DNA from: Bdellovibrionales bacterium
GTDB taxonomy: Bacteria; Bdellovibrionota; Bdellovibrionia; Bdellovibrionales; JAUICD01
Direction: 5' to 3'
Assembly (NCBI GenBank): GCA_965197425.1
Contig: CBDANC010000014.1
Span: 128,001 to 192,000, forward strand
Length of the DNA: 64,000 nucleotides
Shown here piece by piece: positions 50,709 to 61,755 of this stretch (within the stretch, counting starts at the first letter, position 1; every line of letters starts with the position of its first letter). The position numbers and the translations under genes were made by a program. The notes beneath the pieces are model-generated. The model was not told the DNA's origin. It was given only the letters and a program-made list of their open reading frames with translations, and ran no database searches.

Positions 50709-53516
50709 ATGAGATATTTTTTACTATTACTTTTTTTAAGCTTTTCTGTGGAAGCCCAACTTTGTTGGGAACCTAGCGATGTGAACCTAGATGGAAGACT
50801 TAGAAGTTCAGATCATAGAGTTGGTGATGTGGCTCAAATAGCAAATGAGTTAGCCGCAGTATCTGGCAGAGTAAACAGCCAGGTTACAGTAACAGATTTT
50901 TTTGTAGCAGCTTTAATTAGCAAATCACCTTCAGAAAGAAATGTACAAAATAATGTAATAGAAGCTTTATTAGATAGGATAAACATAACTGCTAAGTTTA
51001 AAAGAGAGCTAGTGAATGACTACAATCAGGGACAAAACATTCTCGCAATTGAAAATGGGCGGATAGTTTTAACCGAAAGATATGAAGTGGATAGTTGGTC
51101 TGCTGAAAATGTTCGAGTAAGTCCTCAGATAAGAGAGTTATTTAATAGGGCAGAAGAAGCAAGAGTAATGGAAAATGAGAAGATGGGATCTGGTGAGGGT
51201 GAGTCCTTTTATAATAACTTTAAAGGATTAGAACATTTTTTCTTGGGTGCAATGCGAATGAGAGGAAATCATGTAAGTGATTTTCTTACAAGTAATATCT
51301 CAGCCTCTGGCGTGGGCAGACTTTCCCTTGGAAACAGGAGACGAGAAGCCAGATTTAACACAGTGATTGATATGTTGCCTAACATAAGAGGTGAGAACGG
51401 CAGACATGGTGTTACATCCAGGACCGCTTATGAAAACTATGCTCACGGTAATGGAAAATCTTTTTACTCTGAAAAAACAGATGCTATAGACCCACCATCA
51501 TTTTTGAATGATATGGTCTCAAAGATGATTGATGGGGGGTATGGGCCTGTATATGTAAGAGTAGATTTAGTCTTGGACTTGGCCAATATATTATTAGGTA
51601 AAGGAAAAAACAGTGTAGAACTTCACTCAGAATTTGATGGTATTGGAAAAAAGCATGTGGTACTGGGCCTTGTTAAAATGTTAGCAGACATTAGGGTAAA
51701 TGGTCGTACAAGTGAATACTTCGAAATTTTACCAAGAGAACTTCACGATTTAAGATTATATGAAGCAGATCTAACCACATACTTAGGAAGTAAAGAAAAT
51801 GATACTCAGTTTAGAGGGGCTACAGAAAAAACTGTGAAAGATCTTATAGATTTTTCAGAAAGCCTAAATGGACAAGCTGTAGTTGTATTCAATGATATGG
51901 GTGGTGTCTATAAACTGGGACAAACACAAGGATCACAGGGTTTGGGACAACAACTGGTTTCCCCTATTAGCAAAGCTAAAAATGATCCTAAGCAAGGATT
52001 AAGAGTAATAGCCATAACTAATAAAATTACAGCAACAGAAGTTAGTACTACCGGTTGGACTTCCCATGTTGAGAGAATGACAATAAGTGAACCTAGTAAA
52101 GCACAAATAAGTGAAATAGCTCAAATACACTTCGACAGGATAAAGGAAGACAATCAGATAATTGAAAGAGAGTCTCTATCTGAAGTTTTTGATTATGCAT
52201 ATGAAGTAGCACAAAGATACCCTAACCTAGGTGATGGGCTTACGGCCGTGTTTAGACTTTATGATCACATAGCAACACAACTAAGAAAAAGTGGCGATAG
52301 CAAGGCCACAGAAAACCATGTTCTAAAAGCTGCTAGTAGGTTACTTGAAAACACTCCAGTGATGGGTGGACGTTTTGTTCCACCTAAAGTGGGAGAATCT
52401 ATTCAATTATTAGAAACTAACTTAAATAACTCTATAAGAGAAAGAGGGCAAATAATTGAAGCTGTGGTTAATAGAATTCAAGCAGGCTTATATGCTTCCA
52501 CTCCTGTAGTTGAAGGAGTTGTAAGGCCAAAGGCAAGATCTGTAACCGTACTTGTAGGTCCATCTGGTACACTTAAAACATCTATTTTGGAAATGTTGGC
52601 CAAAGAATTAGGTATGGAGTTTGATAAAATAGCTGGGGCACAAGCAGATAAAATTACTTTACTTGAGATTGCTAGAAAAGTAAGAGAGGAAAATCCATCT
52701 AGAATTGTGTATATAACAGAAGCCAATCTAGCCGGCCGTATTTTTCAAACACTAGAAAATATGATAGATGGAATTGGAATAACAGATTCAAACACAGGAA
52801 GAGTTACCACATTTGAAAATGTACACTTTGTTTTAGACGGCAATATACCAAAAGCGGAGCAGGCGGCAAGAGATCTTGGTTTTAGTGAAACCGTACCAGA
52901 TGCCCTGATAGAACATTTGAACAACAAAACTGCCAGAGAACAAGAAACGCTTATACCTAGAATAAAAGAAGCAGGCGAAGCAACTTATACAGATTCAAAT
53001 GGACAAACACGAACTGTATCTATAAGTACCCATCCTCATGGAGTGGTTAAATTTACCGATCGTGGTAGAACACTTTATAATGAAGCAGTTAGAGATGCCT
53101 TCGGAGGAAGAGAAGCTTTTATGGGTAGAGCAGGAGAACCAATTGCTGTTGGGTATCTATCTAAGGGAGCATACAAAGCTACGGTTGACTTTGTCGAAAG
53201 GCAAGTAAGCCGGGAAATAAAAGAGTCCAACAATGGCTCCTCATTCATTATTAGTGACAGTGCCAAAGAATACATTGCCGAGATAGCCATGCTAGATGTC
53301 AATATAGAACTTGGTGCTAGGTTTACAGAACAATATATAAGAAGACTTGTAAACGCTGAACTAAGACGGCAAGTGTGGTCACGCCCTGATCTCTACAGAG
53401 ATAGAGATGGTTTTTTTGTAGGTAGCTTTAGAGCTACAATGGATGTTCATCCAAACCGGACAGGAATAGTAGTAGACATAAGACCTATTGACCCAATATC
53501 AGAGACAATAAACTAA
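50709..53516 (+). CDS. signal-peptide-bearing ClpA/ClpB-like AAA+ protein with degenerate Walker motifs
   Basis: Colinear with Clp-N, NBD1 and NBD2 motifs by manual comparison. Confidence 0.75.
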   Translation: MRYFLLLLFLSFSVEAQLCWEPSDVNLDGRLRSSDHRVGDVAQIANELAAVSGRVNSQVTVTDFFVAALISKSPSERNVQNNVIEALLDRINITAKFKRELVNDYNQGQNILAIENGRIVLTERYEVDSWSAENVRVSPQIRELFNRAEEARVMENEKMGSGEGESFYNNFKGLEHFFLGAMRMRGNHVSDFLTSNISASGVGRLSLGNRRREARFNTVIDMLPNIRGENGRHGVTSRTAYENYAHGNGKSFYSEKTDAIDPPSFLNDMVSKMIDGGYGPVYVRVDLVLDLANILLGKGKNSVELHSEFDGIGKKHVVLGLVKMLADIRVNGRTSEYFEILPRELHDLRLYEADLTTYLGSKENDTQFRGATEKTVKDLIDFSESLNGQAVVVFNDMGGVYKLGQTQGSQGLGQQLVSPISKAKNDPKQGLRVIAITNKITATEVSTTGWTSHVERMTISEPSKAQISEIAQIHFDRIKEDNQIIERESLSEVFDYAYEVAQRYPNLGDGLTAVFRLYDHIATQLRKSGDSKATENHVLKAASRLLENTPVMGGRFVPPKVGESIQLLETNLNNSIRERGQIIEAVVNRIQAGLYASTPVVEGVVRPKARSVTVLVGPSGTLKTSILEMLAKELGMEFDKIAGAQADKITLLEIARKVREENPSRIVYITEANLAGRIFQTLENMIDGIGITDSNTGRVTTFENVHFVLDGNIPKAEQAARDLGFSETVPDALIEHLNNKTAREQETLIPRIKEAGEATYTDSNGQTRTVSISTHPHGVVKFTDRGRTLYNEAVRDAFGGREAFMGRAGEPIAVGYLSKGAYKATVDFVERQVSREIKESNNGSSFIISDSAKEYIAEIAMLDVNIELGARFTEQYIRRLVNAELRRQVWSRPDLYRDRDGFFVGSFRATMDVHPNRTGIVVDIRPIDPISETIN

Positions 53517-53521
53517 TTCTA

Positions 53522-54574
53522 TTAAAGGCAAATAGTATTTAGTATTGCCTTTGATACAATGTATGGATCTGCATTTGCCCCAGGCCTTCTATCTTCTATA
53601 TAGCCACATCCTTTTTTGTCAGTGGAAATAGGTATTCTTATCGAAGCTCCTCTGTTAGAAACCCCCGATTTGAATTCACTGATATGACATGTTTCATGTA
53701 AACCCGTTAACCTTCCTTTTAATCCATGTCCGTATTGAACTATATGTTCTTCATGCTTTTCTTCTAATTTTTTTATAGCATCAGCAATGGCTGCTTTTCC
53801 ACTTTTTGGATCTCTCATCTTTTTTGTAGAAAAGTTGGTATGCATACCTGCACCATTCCAATCACCTTCTATAGGCTTATTTTCAAAGGAGACAGATATA
53901 CCATATTTTTCTGCAATTCTATTCATTAAGTACCTGGCAACCCAAATATGGTCAGACATAGTAAGCGGGTCAGCTGGCTCTCCTTCTCTTCTAAATCCAA
54001 TTTGAAACTCCCATTGGGCGGGCATAACTTCTGCATTGATTCCATAGATGTTTAGACCAGCGAATTCACAACACTTAGCATGCTCCTCTACAACTACCCT
54101 GCCGTAAACCTTGCCAGCTCCTACTCCACAATAAAAAGCTCCTTGTGGCGGAGGATAACCCCCTTGCGGCCATCCAAGCGGCCACCTTTCCGCCCCACTA
54201 CCTTTTAATAGAGTGTATTCTTGCTCAAAGCCTATGTAAGGTTCGTGCTTTGCCACTTTATCCATAAGTACCCTAAGCTCTGCTCTTCTGTTGGTAGAGT
54301 GAGGAGTTTCGTCGTGGTTGAACACCTCACATAAGACGATATAATTTCCAGCACCTCTTATAGGGTCTGGAGCAAAAAACACAGGCATTAGAATACAATC
54401 AGAATTTCTACCAAGTGCCTGCCAAGTAGATGAACCATCAAAACTCCACTCAGGAAACGAGGATAAGTCTCGATCATCCTGATGAAACAACATTCTGGTT
54501 TTTGATCTAAGCTCTTGGGTTGGGGAGGCGCCATCTAACCAGATATATTCTGCATAATCTAATTGTTTAACCAT
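53522..54574 (-). CDS. glnII: glutamine synthetase type II
   Basis: AEYIWLDG, LRSKT, WSFDGSST, NAEVMPAQWEFQ, EDRRP; 350 aa. Confidence 0.92.
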   Translation of the reverse strand: MVKQLDYAEYIWLDGASPTQELRSKTRMLFHQDDRDLSSFPEWSFDGSSTWQALGRNSDCILMPVFFAPDPIRGAGNYIVLCEVFNHDETPHSTNRRAELRVLMDKVAKHEPYIGFEQEYTLLKGSGAERWPLGWPQGGYPPPQGAFYCGVGAGKVYGRVVVEEHAKCCEFAGLNIYGINAEVMPAQWEFQIGFRREGEPADPLTMSDHIWVARYLMNRIAEKYGISVSFENKPIEGDWNGAGMHTNFSTKKMRDPKSGKAAIADAIKKLEEKHEEHIVQYGHGLKGRLTGLHETCHISEFKSGVSNRGASIRIPISTDKKGCGYIEDRRPGANADPYIVSKAILNTICL

Positions 54575-54768
54575 AGCTTACCTCAACACTAACCCCGCTT
54601 GGCAACGAAGTGACCTTTTTTGCTTTTTTTATCCTGCATCCAGAGCCATCATGTCGACAAATTCCAAATACTATCTAAGATTAGTTTGACCGGATAGCAA
54701 CGATTAACAACTGGCATAAAGTTGTTTTGCTGTTGTGGTATTTTTTAGGTAGTTCAGCTTATTTAAAT

Positions 54769-55113
54769 TTATGCCTCTATTAATTTTAATGCTTCATCTA
54801 GATTCTCTGCCACTTTGAACAGCCTATAAAGTCCGCTTATTTCAAATATCTTTTTGATGTTATTGTTTAGAGAACATATAACCAGCTTTCCTGAGATCTT
54901 TTTTATATTTTTAGATACATATATTGCTATTCTTAGACCTGCACTGGATATATAGTCTACCTTTTCAAAGTTTAATATTAAATTGGTACAGTCTTCATTT
55001 TCTATCTCAGTCATAATCCTGTCATGTATGTGGGCCGATGAGGATGCATCAAATCTACCATTCAAATGCACTATAGACACATCTCCCTTTCTTTCTGTAA
55101 ATACAGCGTCCAT
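54769..55113 (-). CDS. STAS anti-anti-sigma factor
   Basis: VDYISSAGL, KIFEISG. Confidence 0.9.
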   Translation of the reverse strand: MDAVFTERKGDVSIVHLNGRFDASSSAHIHDRIMTEIENEDCTNLILNFEKVDYISSAGLRIAIYVSKNIKKISGKLVICSLNNNIKKIFEISGLYRLFKVAENLDEALKLIEA

Positions 55114-55427
55114 AAAATTACCTCTATTAATAATTAACAGTGTCTCAACAGGATACTACATTAGGTATTCGGAAGCAATTAAAAGGAATTCCATAAAAAC
55201 ATACATCTAGTTTTGCTCTTACCCAATCTCTTTTTGCCTAATTTTGTAATAATATGTCAAACCTAGACCAACTATCAAAGGCCAGTTTATTTACAGGAGT
55301 TAAGATCTAATTTCAGCTGTTAACCATCATTTTTTGGGATTAAATAACACCTTAATAGACCAAACTAGTACCTAGCTAATTAGAATAAATGCCTTGCATG
55401 TATGCCACTTTCTTTCTATATTTTTAG

Positions 55428-55862
55428 ATGATGGACTTGGACGATTCTGCAACTTATAAACTTAAGAATATAAAACAAGATCTTCCTAAATTTTCTAATC
55501 TATTTAGGACATTTTGTAAGGTTCACGACATTCCTGCAGACAAGGTATTTGATGTGGAGTTGTCTGTAGAAGAGTTGGTAATGAACTCTTTTGCCCACGG
55601 CAATGTTAGTGAGCATGGTATTCTGGTATCCATTGGATTAAACGACAACGAACTAAAAGTTACTGTGGAAGATAAGGCTCCTCCATTTAACCTGTTGAGA
55701 CACACAAAAGAACCTCCTACAGGTCCTCTGGAAGAAAGAGAAATTGGTGGGCTTGGAATACATTTAGTAAAAAACCTGAGCGATAGGATAGTTTATTCTG
55801 GTTCTAAGACAGGAAACAAAATTACAATATTTAAAGACCTAAGACCCACAAGCCCATCCTGA
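55428..55862 (+). CDS. RsbW-like anti-sigma kinase (HATPase_c_2)
   Basis: EELVMNSFAHG, GGLGIHLV. Confidence 0.9.
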   Translation: MMDLDDSATYKLKNIKQDLPKFSNLFRTFCKVHDIPADKVFDVELSVEELVMNSFAHGNVSEHGILVSIGLNDNELKVTVEDKAPPFNLLRHTKEPPTGPLEEREIGGLGIHLVKNLSDRIVYSGSKTGNKITIFKDLRPTSPS

Positions 55863-55871
55863 TAACCTATC

Positions 55872-58523
55872 TTATAACCTCGCTAGTGGACCTTTATATT
55901 CAAAAGACAGCAAAGTTATGTCATCGAATTGTGGAGCTTCTTTTATAAATCTTGCAACATCAAAATCCACAACCTTTATTATATTCTTTGGCCCATTAAA
56001 CTCTGCATCTTTTAACAGATTTGTTAGCCTATTTTCACCATAAAACTCTTGTTTATCATTTTGAGACTCGGTAACCCCGTCCGTGTAACAGATAATATTA
56101 TCCTCTTTACTAAGGGTTAAATTCTGATGCGTATATTTAACACCATCAAAAATTCCCAATACTGGTCCGTCTGTGTTGTTGAGAATCTTAAGTTTACCAT
56201 CTTTTTGTTTTATAATCGGAGGATTGTGACCTGCGTTTGTTAGTTCAACTTTTCCAGTCTTAAGATCAACCACACACAACACAAGAGTGACAAACACACA
56301 CCATGTATTATTGCTACATAATTCTTTATTAACCATTGTCACTATTTCATAGGAGGTACTAAATTGCTGGTCTATAACCTTATTTATCATGGCTTTGGTG
56401 GCGGACATAAACAAAGCAGCGGGTATGCCTTTTCCTGAAACATCCCCCACTGAAAAATAAAATCTCTCCTTATTTAATCCGACATAAGAAAAATCATAAA
56501 AATCACCAGAGACCATCTGTGCTGGCTTTAACATGGCATCTACTGAAAATTCATCTGTTTCCATACTATCAGGTAACATGCTCATTTGAACCTGTTGCCC
56601 AGTAACCAGGTCCCGTTTTATTCTATCTTGTTGCCTTTTTATTGTTTCATAAGTTTTGTTAATCTCATTATTGGCCCTTCTTAGTTTTGTACGATTCACC
56701 GCAAATATAGAAAACAACATAAGGATCAGTATTACAGTAATTGTAGCAGCATAAATTGTCTGAATTCGATAGGTGTTAAACGGATCCAGTATTTCATCCG
56801 TACCAATTTCACGAACAAGCCCAAAATTATGAATATTACTCCATTTCCAAGAGCCAATAACACTGCTTCCTGTATAACTTTTATAAGGTTTGGTCATGTC
56901 TTTATTTGTTTGTCCCTGGGTTACACTGGACACTGACTTTATCAAAGGAGCTTCTGAGTCTTTCGGATTGGTGCTAAGCTTCAACCCGACGGAAGATTCA
57001 TTAGACTCGTCTAAAACTTCCTGCTGAATGAGTTTTTCAACAAACCTACTCTCGGTTATCATAAAACCTTTTGAGTTGACCAAAAAAAGCTCTCCAGATG
57101 TACCTAAAAGAGATCTTTTTAAAATAGAATTTATTTCACTGATTGGTACAACGACTATTAAGTAGACTCCTTTCACCGGATCAACTGATTTACCAAACAC
57201 CATTTCTACCTTGTCATCTGTAAAGCCAGCCTCTGGGTTTTTTATGTTGTCATTTAAGTAGTACACATCATGTGGTGGAACTTTTAGTCTTTCAATTAAT
57301 TTATTTGTCAGTTCGTTTTCTGTATCCATCTTATTTTTGGTATTGCTCGCTACAACTGAACCATTTTCTGTTATTACCATAAACTTGCTAATGGAGTGTT
57401 TTTCGAAAGTCTCTGCTTTTTTTTCTATAGCTTTGCTTAACTCAGAAAATTGTTGTCTATCTATTTTGTGATCAAATTGTTCTTCAACCACATGCTCAAC
57501 ACTGTCTGCTAAAATGGCTGTTTCCAAATTTTTATAATCCATCCATTTTACTATGGAGTCATACGCTGATTGCAAATCTAACCTTAAATGTGAATTTATA
57601 TCCTTGCCTGTTTTTTCCTTTACCTCACCAATAAACCACCACGACATCATGATTGTGGCAAAAATTGCTGTAAGTGTGGCCGTGGCAAAAGGCCAAGATT
57701 CCAAGACATTAGATTTAAAAATATCTAGATAAAATTTATCAGAACCCATTCTGTTTTTATATCTTTTAAAAATTCGATATAGCGGAAATATAGAAAGTGC
57801 CAATACCAACAAGACACTCAAAACCATTGAAAAACTAAATAAAACTCTAAGTCTTTTTTGTTTTGTTCTAAGAACATTTTCGTCTTGATTAGTTCTTTCG
57901 TCCACAAGATCAAAGAACTCCAAGATAGGGTTCATAACACCACCCTTTGCTTTGTTATATTCTTGAGAATGAACGAGAGACATGGCCAACTTTTGATTTG
58001 GCTTGCCTTTAATTGTATATTTACCTTGTTTATCCTTAAACAAACCAACCATGGCATTCATGGACTCTTCTTCTAGTTTAACCAGTTGATCCGATTTTTT
58101 TTGGCTTGTTTTTAGTAGCTCTAACTCCACATCCTGCAAATTAGATTGCCTTAGCATATCTATGTAGGATATTGGGGTTTTTGAAACCCTAGGGAGTCTA
58201 CCTCCCTCTGATAATACTACATCCCAATAGACTTTGTGATAGTCTTTAGGTCTGGAGATCATTCCTCTTCTTATGTCTATTATCTCGTCAAAATGGTCTT
58301 TGTAGATTTCAACTCCTGTTACAGAGTACATTCTGGCCATTTTGGTTAAATCGTCAGATGTCTGTCTCAGGGTATCTGCCAGAAGATAGTATTCTCGTTT
58401 GTCTTCTGATATTTCTTTTAGATCACTTTCATAATTTACAATTTTGCGTGATATAAGAAGACTAACTGCAACCAACAAAAAAGCTGAAAGGCTTATCAAT
58501 AATTGTCCATTTTTAAAGGGCAT
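55872..58523 (-). CDS. membrane sensor PP2C/SpoIIE phosphatase, copy 1
   Basis: SGDFYD, GDVSGKG, NAGH, YTDG, DDIT; several TMs. Confidence 0.9.
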   Translation of the reverse strand: MPFKNGQLLISLSAFLLVAVSLLISRKIVNYESDLKEISEDKREYYLLADTLRQTSDDLTKMARMYSVTGVEIYKDHFDEIIDIRRGMISRPKDYHKVYWDVVLSEGGRLPRVSKTPISYIDMLRQSNLQDVELELLKTSQKKSDQLVKLEEESMNAMVGLFKDKQGKYTIKGKPNQKLAMSLVHSQEYNKAKGGVMNPILEFFDLVDERTNQDENVLRTKQKRLRVLFSFSMVLSVLLVLALSIFPLYRIFKRYKNRMGSDKFYLDIFKSNVLESWPFATATLTAIFATIMMSWWFIGEVKEKTGKDINSHLRLDLQSAYDSIVKWMDYKNLETAILADSVEHVVEEQFDHKIDRQQFSELSKAIEKKAETFEKHSISKFMVITENGSVVASNTKNKMDTENELTNKLIERLKVPPHDVYYLNDNIKNPEAGFTDDKVEMVFGKSVDPVKGVYLIVVVPISEINSILKRSLLGTSGELFLVNSKGFMITESRFVEKLIQQEVLDESNESSVGLKLSTNPKDSEAPLIKSVSSVTQGQTNKDMTKPYKSYTGSSVIGSWKWSNIHNFGLVREIGTDEILDPFNTYRIQTIYAATITVILILMLFSIFAVNRTKLRRANNEINKTYETIKRQQDRIKRDLVTGQQVQMSMLPDSMETDEFSVDAMLKPAQMVSGDFYDFSYVGLNKERFYFSVGDVSGKGIPAALFMSATKAMINKVIDQQFSTSYEIVTMVNKELCSNNTWCVFVTLVLCVVDLKTGKVELTNAGHNPPIIKQKDGKLKILNNTDGPVLGIFDGVKYTHQNLTLSKEDNIICYTDGVTESQNDKQEFYGENRLTNLLKDAEFNGPKNIIKVVDFDVARFIKEAPQFDDITLLSFEYKGPLARL

Positions 58524-58554
58524 AAGCCTTTCCCCCTTTTCTCTTTAAGAATAG

Positions 58555-58583
58555 ATTTTACGAGTAGCGATCTAAACTATCAA
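58555..58583 (-). promoter_or_regulatory. putative sigma70 promoter, phosphatase copy 1
   Basis: TTGATA-17-TAAAAT, conserved upstream of both paralogs. Confidence 0.65.
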
Positions 58584-58720
58584 GATGTATTTATAGATCT
58601 AAGTGTGTGAGAGCGAAACACTAAGGTAGTTATAGACTTTAATAAGTATGGTTGACTTAAAACGGTCTTTGAGTACTTATTTGCGTAGGCAAACCACAAA
58701 CTATTGTGGCAAGTTTTCGT

Positions 58721-58780
58721 TGCAAGATGGAGTATCCGGTAGCTCGTTGAACTTATAACCCGAAGGTTGTCTGTTCAAAC
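58721..58780 (+). pseudogene. decayed, 3'-truncated tRNA-fMet copy
   Basis: TGCAAGATGGAGTATCCGGTAGCTCGTTGAACTTATAACCCGAAGGTTGTCTGTTCAAA aligns to the tRNA at 61679..61755. Confidence 0.85.
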
Positions 58781-58804
58781 AAAAGCTGGTTTCGTTAGCT
58801 TTTG
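58780..58804. terminator. hairpin downstream of phosphatase copy 2
   Basis: CAAAAGCT...AGCTTTTG inverted repeat. Confidence 0.45.
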
Positions 58805-58837
58805 ACAGATGAATTATGTTATAAACTTATTTTTTAA

Positions 58838-61486
58838 TTATTTAAAATTAGACCTGTATTCAAAAGACAGCAAAGTTATGTCATCGAATTGTGGAGCTTC
58901 TTTTATAAATCTTGTAACATCAAAAGCTACTGATTCTATAATTTCTTTTGGGTTGTTAAATTCTCCACTTTTTAATAGGGTTATTAGTCTATCTTCTCCA
59001 TAAAATTCTTGTTTGTTGTTTTGAGCTTCAGTAACTCCATCTGTGTAACAGATAATATTATCTCTTTTTTCAAGAGATATATCTTGGTGTGTATATTCAA
59101 CATCATCAAAAATACCCAATACTGGTCCGTCTGTATTGTTAAGAATCTTAAGTTTACCATCTTTTTGTTTTATCATTGGAGGGTTGTGACCTGCGTTTGT
59201 GAGTTCCACTTTTCCAGATTTAAGGTCAACCACGCATAGTACAAGAGTAATAAAAACACACCATGAATTATTCATACATAATTCTCTGTTTACTCTAGTT
59301 ACAATTTCATGTGAAGTGTAAACCTGTTGATCTATAACCTTATTTATCATAGCTTTGGTGGCAGACATAAAAAGTGCTGCTGGTATGCCTTTTCCCGAGA
59401 CATCTCCCACTGAAAAGTAGAACTTATCTTGATTTAATCCAATATAGGAAAAGTCATAAAAATCTCCAGACACCATTTGTGCTGGTTTTAGCATGGCATC
59501 TACAGAAAATTCTTTTGTCTCTATAATATCAGGTAGCATACTCATCTGAACCTGCTGCCCGGTGGTAAGATCTCTTTTCACCCTATCTTGTTGTCTTTTT
59601 ATTGTTTCATAAGTTTTCGCAAGCTCATCGTTGGTGCTTCTTAGCTTGGTACGATTTACTGCAAATATAGAAAACAACATAAGAATTAGTACGACTGTTA
59701 TTGTTGAAGCGTAGACAGTGTGCATGCGATATGTATCAAAAGCCCCAAGCGCTTCACCTGTGCTAATTTCTCTAATAAGTCCGAAATTGTGAATGTTGCT
59801 CCATTTCCAAGAGCCAATAACACTGCTTGCTAGGTAGCTTGTGTATGGAGCTGTTACATTTTCATTAACCTTGTTATCAATAACACTTGCAACTGATTTT
59901 ATCAGTGGGGATTCCGGGTCCTTGGGATTTGTGCTGATTCTCAGCCCTATTGCTGAACCACTGCTCTCTTTGATATCTTCTTGTTGCACAAACTTTTCAA
60001 AAGATACACTTTCTGTTATCAACAAACCATCTGAATTAACTAAATAAAGTTCACCTGAAGAATCTAAGAATGATCTTTTTAAGATTTTGCTTACCTCACT
60101 TATTGGTACAATTAGTACCGTCAAATATGTGTCATTTCCTATATCAGATGTGGTACCAAACATAAGCTCTATCTTGTCGCCAGTTAATTTAGGCGCGGCT
60201 TTATCATCATTTAGGTTATAGGCATTGATACGTAAAGTTGTAAGCCTTTCTGACATCTCTGCTGGCAGTTCAAATTCTTCATCTACCTGCAGTGCTGTAT
60301 TACTTGCAACTACCTTACCTTCTTTAGTTAGTACAACGAACTTACTGTTGGAAGGTCCTCCGAATGTGTTCATTCTTTTTTCTATAGCTAGGCTTAGTTC
60401 AGAAAATTGCTGTCTACTTATTAATCTGTTATTAAATCTTTCTTTTATTACGTATTTTACATTGTCAGCTAAAATAGACGTTTCGAGTGTTTTTAGTTCT
60501 GTCCAGTGAGTCAATGAATCATATGCAAACTGTAGATCTATTTTTAGCCTAGAGCTTAGATCTTTGTTTGTTTTTTCTTGTACTTCACCAATAAACCACC
60601 ATGAAACCATTACGGTGGCAAAAATAGCGGTAAAGGTAGCGGTAGCAATTGGCCACGATTCTATGAAATTAGCTTTTATAAAACTTAAAAGATCTTTTTT
60701 AGTGATTTCAGGTTTTTTTATTTTTTTATCCCGCATGAGATATATAGGGAATAGGGAGAGTACTAGTACCAAAAGCACAGACAGTCCCATTGACATATTG
60801 AACAAAACTCTAAGTCTATCTTGCTTTTTTCTATATAGACTCTCTTGCAGGCTTATTCTTTCTTCAACTAGATCAAAGAACTCCAAGATAGGACTCATGA
60901 CCGCACCCTTAGCCTTGTTGTATTCTTGACTGTAAAGTAGTGATAGAGCTTTGTTTTTGTTGGACTCACCTTTTACGGTATATTTACCTTTCCTATCTTT
61001 ATACAGACCTGCCATGGTATACATAGCTTCTTTTTCTAGCTCAGATAGCTCGTATGAATTTCTCTCACTTTCTTTTAATAGCTCCAATTCCATGTCTGTT
61101 AGGTTGGCTTCTCTTAATATGTCTAGGTAAGAAATGGGATTTTTTGAAATTCTGGGAAGATTTCCTCCTTCTGACAAAACGATGTCCCAATAGACCTTAT
61201 AGTATTCTTCAGGTCTGGATATCATTCCGTATCTTATATCTAGGATTTCTTCAAAATAATCTTTGTATGATTCATTGCCAGTTACAACATACATTCTGGC
61301 CATTTTGGTTAAATCGTCGGAGGTCTGCCTCATGGTATCTGCCAAAAGGTAGTACCCTCTCTCATCTTCTGCTATTTTTTCTAGTTGCCCTTCATAATGT
61401 ACAATTTTACGGGATATAAATAGACTTATTACAACCAACAAAAAAGCTGAGAGGCCTATTAATATTTGCCCGTTTCTGAGGGACAC
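58838..61486 (-). CDS. membrane sensor PP2C/SpoIIE phosphatase, copy 2
   Basis: Full-length paralog of copy 1, same motifs. Confidence 0.9.
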   Translation of the reverse strand: MSLRNGQILIGLSAFLLVVISLFISRKIVHYEGQLEKIAEDERGYYLLADTMRQTSDDLTKMARMYVVTGNESYKDYFEEILDIRYGMISRPEEYYKVYWDIVLSEGGNLPRISKNPISYLDILREANLTDMELELLKESERNSYELSELEKEAMYTMAGLYKDRKGKYTVKGESNKNKALSLLYSQEYNKAKGAVMSPILEFFDLVEERISLQESLYRKKQDRLRVLFNMSMGLSVLLVLVLSLFPIYLMRDKKIKKPEITKKDLLSFIKANFIESWPIATATFTAIFATVMVSWWFIGEVQEKTNKDLSSRLKIDLQFAYDSLTHWTELKTLETSILADNVKYVIKERFNNRLISRQQFSELSLAIEKRMNTFGGPSNSKFVVLTKEGKVVASNTALQVDEEFELPAEMSERLTTLRINAYNLNDDKAAPKLTGDKIELMFGTTSDIGNDTYLTVLIVPISEVSKILKRSFLDSSGELYLVNSDGLLITESVSFEKFVQQEDIKESSGSAIGLRISTNPKDPESPLIKSVASVIDNKVNENVTAPYTSYLASSVIGSWKWSNIHNFGLIREISTGEALGAFDTYRMHTVYASTITVVLILMLFSIFAVNRTKLRSTNDELAKTYETIKRQQDRVKRDLTTGQQVQMSMLPDIIETKEFSVDAMLKPAQMVSGDFYDFSYIGLNQDKFYFSVGDVSGKGIPAALFMSATKAMINKVIDQQVYTSHEIVTRVNRELCMNNSWCVFITLVLCVVDLKSGKVELTNAGHNPPMIKQKDGKLKILNNTDGPVLGIFDDVEYTHQDISLEKRDNIICYTDGVTEAQNNKQEFYGEDRLITLLKSGEFNNPKEIIESVAFDVTRFIKEAPQFDDITLLSFEYRSNFK

Positions 61487-61515
61487 TAACCTTTCCTCCT
61501 TTTTTATAAAATTTA

Positions 61516-61544
61516 ATTTTACGAGTAGTGTTTAAAACTATCAA
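61516..61544 (-). promoter_or_regulatory. putative sigma70 promoter, phosphatase copy 2
   Basis: TTGATA-17-TAAAAT. Confidence 0.65.
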
Positions 61545-61678
61545 GATGTATTTTAAGAGGTGGTATTGGAGATTAATCAGGTGACTATATATGAGATAGC
61601 ACATTAGATAAGACATCAATGTATATTGTATATAGTGATACTTGTTGTAATCTCAAAGTAGAATGCTTGTGTGGTTGT

Positions 61679-61755
<77 letters not shown>

